Positions 59,747 to 64,000 of a stretch of 64,000 nucleotides of DNA are shown piece by piece. The notes beneath the pieces are model-generated. The model was not told the origin of the DNA. It was given only the letters and a program-made list of their open reading frames with translations, and searched no databases. Position numbers and translations under genes: made by a program. This DNA comes from Camelus ferus (lineage: Eukaryota), in contig NC_045705.1 in the NCBI RefSeq assembly GCF_009834535.1, positions 55,614,001-55,678,000 on the forward strand, in the 5' to 3' direction. Within the stretch, counting starts at the first letter, position 1. Every line of letters starts with the position of its first letter.

Positions 59747-60703
59747 TCATATTGAAATTTTCCCCAAGTGAAGCAGTCTTGAAAGTCGATTCCAAATCTC
59801 CTTGGTCCTCGCCCCATAGATGATGGGGTTGAGCACAGGAGGCACCAGCACATAGAGGTTAGCCAGAAAGATGTGCACATGCCTGGGGACTCGGTGTTGC
59901 CCAAAACGGTGGGTGAGGAAGGAGAAGAAGGCAGGAATGTAGAAGACCAGGATGACCCCGAGGTGTGAGCCACAGGTGCTCAGAGCCTTGCGCTGGGCAT
60001 CTTGGGATGGAAGACGAAAAACAGCATGGAGGATAAAGCCATAGGAGAGAGCAATGAGAATAGAATCTAAACCCATGGCCAGAAGGGCCACAGTCAGCCC
60101 ATAGACAATATTGACAGTGATGTTGGCACAGGCCAGTCGAGCAATGCCCATGTGCTCACAGTACGTGTGTGCCATGACACGGTGCTGACAGTAGGGCAGT
60201 CGCCTCAACAAGAAGATGAAGGGAGAGACAATGGCCACACTACGGAACATCCCAACAAGGCCAATTCTGCCTATGACGGTATGGTTGAGGATGGTTGTGT
60301 ATCTCAGGGGGTTGCAGATAGCCACATAGCGATCAAAGGCCATGGCAAGAAGAACCAAGGACTCTAGAGCATAGATAGAATGGACACAAAACATCTGGGC
60401 CAGGCATCTTCCAAAGGAAATCTCACCAGCTTGGAGCCACAAAATGGCCAACGTCTTGGGCACAGTGGTGGAGCTGAGAGCAAGGTCGGTGAGTGAGAGA
60501 AGGCAAAGGAAGAGGTACATGGGTGCGTGAAGGGCACTGTCTGTCACTATGACCAGGGTGAGGGCGGCATTCCCAGCCAGCGCTACCAGATACATGGCAC
60601 AGAAGGGGATGGAGATCCAGACGTGTGCCCACTCCAGCCCCGGGATCCCCGTCAGGAAGAGAGTGTCTGGGAGACTGCCATCACTGCTGTTGGAAACTGG
60701 CAT
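59747..60703 (-). CDS. OR52D1: Olfactory receptor 52D1, 318 aa, intact
   Basis: MPVSNSSDGSLPDTLFLTGIPG...[15 protein letters not shown]...HTYCEHMGIARLAC...KALSTCGSH...LLHLGKISI, near-identical to recalled human OR52D1. Acceptor ctcctgttacag on the - strand puts the exon start at 60753, so the ORF-track GTG at 60781 is intronic. Confidence 0.95.
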   Translation of the reverse strand: MPVSNSSDGSLPDTLFLTGIPGLEWAHVWISIPFCAMYLVALAGNAALTLVIVTDSALHAPMYLFLCLLSLTDLALSSTTVPKTLAILWLQAGEISFGRCLAQMFCVHSIYALESLVLLAMAFDRYVAICNPLRYTTILNHTVIGRIGLVGMFRSVAIVSPFIFLLRRLPYCQHRVMAHTYCEHMGIARLACANITVNIVYGLTVALLAMGLDSILIALSYGFILHAVFRLPSQDAQRKALSTCGSHLGVILVFYIPAFFSFLTHRFGQHRVPRHVHIFLANLYVLVPPVLNPIIYGARTKEIWNRLSRLLHLGKISI

Positions 60704-63369
60704 TCTGGATGGCAAATAGAGGGCCCTGTCTGAGGGGTGATGGTACTCCTGTCCTGTAACAGGAGAGATTGGTTCATTCACATAGCATGTCCTTTCCTTG
60801 AAATCATCTTCTGAGAAAGATTTTTATTGTTATTAACTTAATAATCTTAAAAGATCTCAAGGATGTATTGTACAACACTGACAATATTTTGTAATAACCA
60901 TTAAGTGGAAAGTAACCTTTAAAAATTGTCTAAGTATCTTTAATTTAAAAAATAAAATTCAAAAACAGAAATTTAAAAGATTACCACATATGATCCGTTT
61001 TTCCATCTGCCGTTTCCTTTACTCAGAATTCGTGTTTTGAGTTCTGTGTTTCAAGCACCAAGCTAAGAACTGAAGCATTTGCCCAGTCTAACTCTTCCAG
61101 GCTCATCTCCCACCACACTCTGCACCTCATTCACGTGTCTTTTGTCTGCATACAGCTAATGAAATTTTGTGACTCTTTTTTTAGTTTATGCTATTCCATT
61201 TGCCCAAGGAGCCACTTTTCACTTATTTTTTTCTCTCTAGTTTTTAAACATCTGAACAAGTGTCTCTGCCTTTCCTCTCTAATTTAGTTCTTAGTAGTCT
61301 TTATATTTTTCATTCATCCACTGTTTTTCAAAATCCTATTAAGCTGTCTTTATACAATTGCAATCTCCACACAACATGACTGTGGCTGTACCTAGAAAGT
61401 TTGACCAATATTCTCTGAAAGACTCAATCCTGATAACCCTTAGTAACATAGCACTGCCTTATGCCTTAATGCTGCAATGTTTTATTTACTTAGTCTATAT
61501 TTGTAAGGTTACTGCCTAAATGTACACCACATGGTTCGTTTCTGTATCTCACCTGGAGTGCCTGTAAGGAGGCTAGGCAGCCTGAGCACACTCAAATACC
61601 CCGTCACTGAGTATCTGCAGTATTTAGAGCACACCTGTGGGTACAGTGGAAGAACGCAAGAGAGACATTAGACATGCTAGTTGGGGAGCTGGGGAGGCAG
61701 CACTCCCAGCTATGGCAAAGCCAGCTCAAAGTCCTACATTCCCACTGGTATAACGGTTGCATGTAATGGCCAGATCAGAATGTCAAGTGCAGATAGAGGC
61801 AGATTGAGGAGGGAGTGGAATGTCTTAGAGTTCGCCAACAGTAGCCATCCTGGAAGAGAGAAGACTTTTTTCTGTTGCAGAGTGCTAGTATTATATACTT
61901 CTTCTCTCAGTAGCATTGTTTACCTAAAAGAGTCCTTTGTAGGAACACTGGGACCCTGAATGTTACTTCTGAGTCTGTCTCAAGAGTGTTGTACGACCTT
62001 GAGAATATCCCTTCCCTTCTCTGGGAAGTCTCAATTTATAAAAAAAAAAAAATCCTGAAATACTCATCTCAGATTTTCTACCTATTCACTATTTAGCATT
62101 GGATATGTCTCACGACCTTTTCTTTTTTATAAATTGAAAATGGAAACACCTGGCTTACTCTTTTTGTGGGTGAGAAAGAGTAAAGTATGTGGGATTAAAA
62201 AGTTTGGACACCAAAAATAATGTTCTCCCCATTTTTACAAGCTCTTGGTCCCATAGTACATATTGGAGTGATACAGGGTAGAGCAATTATTCTACCTCTG
62301 TCTTAGCAAAAGGAGATCCAAGTTCGTAGAAATAAACTGTTGTCATCTACATCACAAAGCATGTTAATGTCAGAACTGAAATTAGGTCTCAGAGCTCCTA
62401 ATTTAAAGTTCGGTGTTCTCCTCTCATTTAACCGTCCATTTATATGGGCAATACTTTAGTTCCTATCTTTCTTTTTCGAGGCACTCTAATACTAATACGT
62501 ACTGCTTCAATACCATTACTGATTACCTGGACTCCAAAGAGCCAGATAAAGTGGAAAGCCCTTCTTATCTGCTCAGAGACTTTCACAGACGGCCCCAGTG
62601 GCTAAAGGAAAGCAGCTGTGTGGTGGAGACCTTGGGGTTACTCCCATCTTCTCTTCCCCTCTTTATCCACAAAGAACAATTTCAAAAGGCCATTGTAAGG
62701 AAGCTGCTACTCTGTGAGCATCTGTGGATGTGAGGACCAGAAGGATTATGTATAAGCAGGACTGCTCTCCAAGGGAAATCACAGGAAAGAAGACATTGTA
62801 CAGCAGCCCCAGTCTGGGTGGTATAGGGGAATCTTCCCAAATTTGTCTCACTCAGCCTTGTTTCTCGGTCACTATGATGGTTAAGTTTTTGAGGTCTCCC
62901 TCTAAGATCTAGACTTCAATAATTCAACTTCGAGTTCTTTCTCTGAACAGGTATTTTTGGGAAATACAATTTCAAGGACATACCTGTGTGATTCACATCC
63001 ATCCACAAGTTGAGTGCACCGAGGTTGGGGCTCTGTGATGAGTGTCACATACCAGTGCAAGGCTCTACGGGAGAGTGTGTGGTGGAACAGCAGGTTGTGC
63101 AGGTGATGTGTACCTGAATGTAATGGTTGTTCAGAGATATGGAAGTCTTTTTTGTGCAGATTGTATGGTTGTGATTTAAAGGATAGTAAGGTCTGAGTGT
63201 GTAATCTGAGATGTCTGATGTAGTCTCACTTTTGTGTGCTCATTGAGTGTCTTCAGCTTAGCTCCAGCTCCAGCATCCTCAGGTAGAGGGCTAGGTAAAT
63301 GTAGTTATTAATTCTCTGTGACACTCAGGTATGAAAACCCAGGGGGCCTGCTCTAGGGATGTCATAGAA

Positions 63370-64000
63370 GCAGAGATAATTGGATATCCACATGCAAAAG
63401 ACTGATGTTGGACCCTTCTCTCAAACTACATAACAAAATTAACTCAAAATGTATCAAACATCTAAAATGTAAGACGAATCTATAACATCTTAAAAAAAAC
63501 TTAAATATAAATCTTTGTGTCTCTGTATTAGACAATGGTTTTATGATATGACACACCAAAAGCACAAGTGACCAAAGAAAAAAATAGGTAAATTGGACTT
63601 GACAAAAAATATACTTTTGCCCTTCCAAGGACAGTGTCAANNNNNNNNNNNNNNNNNNNNNNNNNNNNNNNNNNNNNNNNNNNNNNNNNNNNNNNNNNNN
63701 NNNNNNNNNNNNNNNNNNNNNNNNNNNNNNNNNNNNNNNNNNNNNNNNNNNNNNNNNNNNNNNNNNNNGGACAAATGGTTTGAGCAGAAATTCCTACAAA
63801 AAAGATATACAAGTAGCCAATAAACACACACAAAAAAAGATGTTCAACGTCACTAGTCATTTGGGAAATGCAAATCCAAATTCCTATGAGATACCACTCC
63901 ATCCACTCTCACCACTTCTATTCAACATAGTATTGGAAGTCCTAGCCATAGTAATCAGACAAGAAGAAGAAATAAAAGAGATCCATGTCCCAGGAATCCC
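63370..64000 (+). mobile_element. L1 ORF2 fragments spanning a gap
   Basis: aattggatatccacatgcaaaag...aaaattaactcaaaatg; gatgttcaacgtcactagtcatttgggaaatgcaaatc; ccactctcaccacttctattcaacatagtattggaagtcctagcc. Confidence 0.88.
63641..63768. other. Assembly gap (128 N)
   Basis: N-run. Confidence 1.

Noticed and set aside
10321-60733. Many antisense and alternate-frame ORFs overlapping the OR and ubiquilin genes
   Set aside because: Shadow ORFs from codon bias of the true reading frames.
60704-60781. N-terminal extension of OR52D1
   Set aside because: GTG start upstream of the splice acceptor; the 318-aa product from 60703 matches the known length.
63987-64000. tgtcccagga at the window end, matching the start of the LTR at 3282
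   Set aside because: Only 10 bp match before the window ends; cannot support a second LTR.
1-64000. CRISPR arrays, operons, rRNA or other prokaryotic systems
   Set aside because: The sequence is mammalian; no repeat-spacer arrays or rRNA-like segments were seen.

Overview
Mammalian genomic DNA, most likely a camelid (three full-length and one truncated tRNA-derived SINEs of the Vic-1 type). The window is part of the class I (OR52) olfactory receptor cluster beside the beta-globin region, inverted relative to the human reference as I recall it. Gene order on the + strand: OR52H2-like pseudogene (one nonsense codon), OR52H1 pseudogene (nonsense codon plus 6-bp deletion), GC-rich OR52V1-like pseudogene (2-bp frameshift), multi-exon OLFM5 pseudogene (exons reconstructed here), then the testis ubiquilin cluster: UBQLNL (1-bp insertion removes UBA helix 3), UBQLN3 (intact) and UBQLN5 (intact). 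These are followed by a 5'-half OR52D-like remnant and an intact OR52D1 on the - strand. Intergenic DNA is mostly L2, MIR, L1, MLT1, ERV1 LTR, Charlie1/MER5 and SINE sequence, with two 128-N gaps. Most notable observations: a shared 23-bp tandem CRE-like element upstream of all three ubiquilin genes, the UBQLNL UBA frameshift, the OLFM5 decay pattern, two small L1-mediated retro-insertions with target-site duplications, and a locally duplicated Charlie1 fragment. Gene names rest on recalled protein sequences and synteny, not on database searches. Repeat boundaries are approximate.
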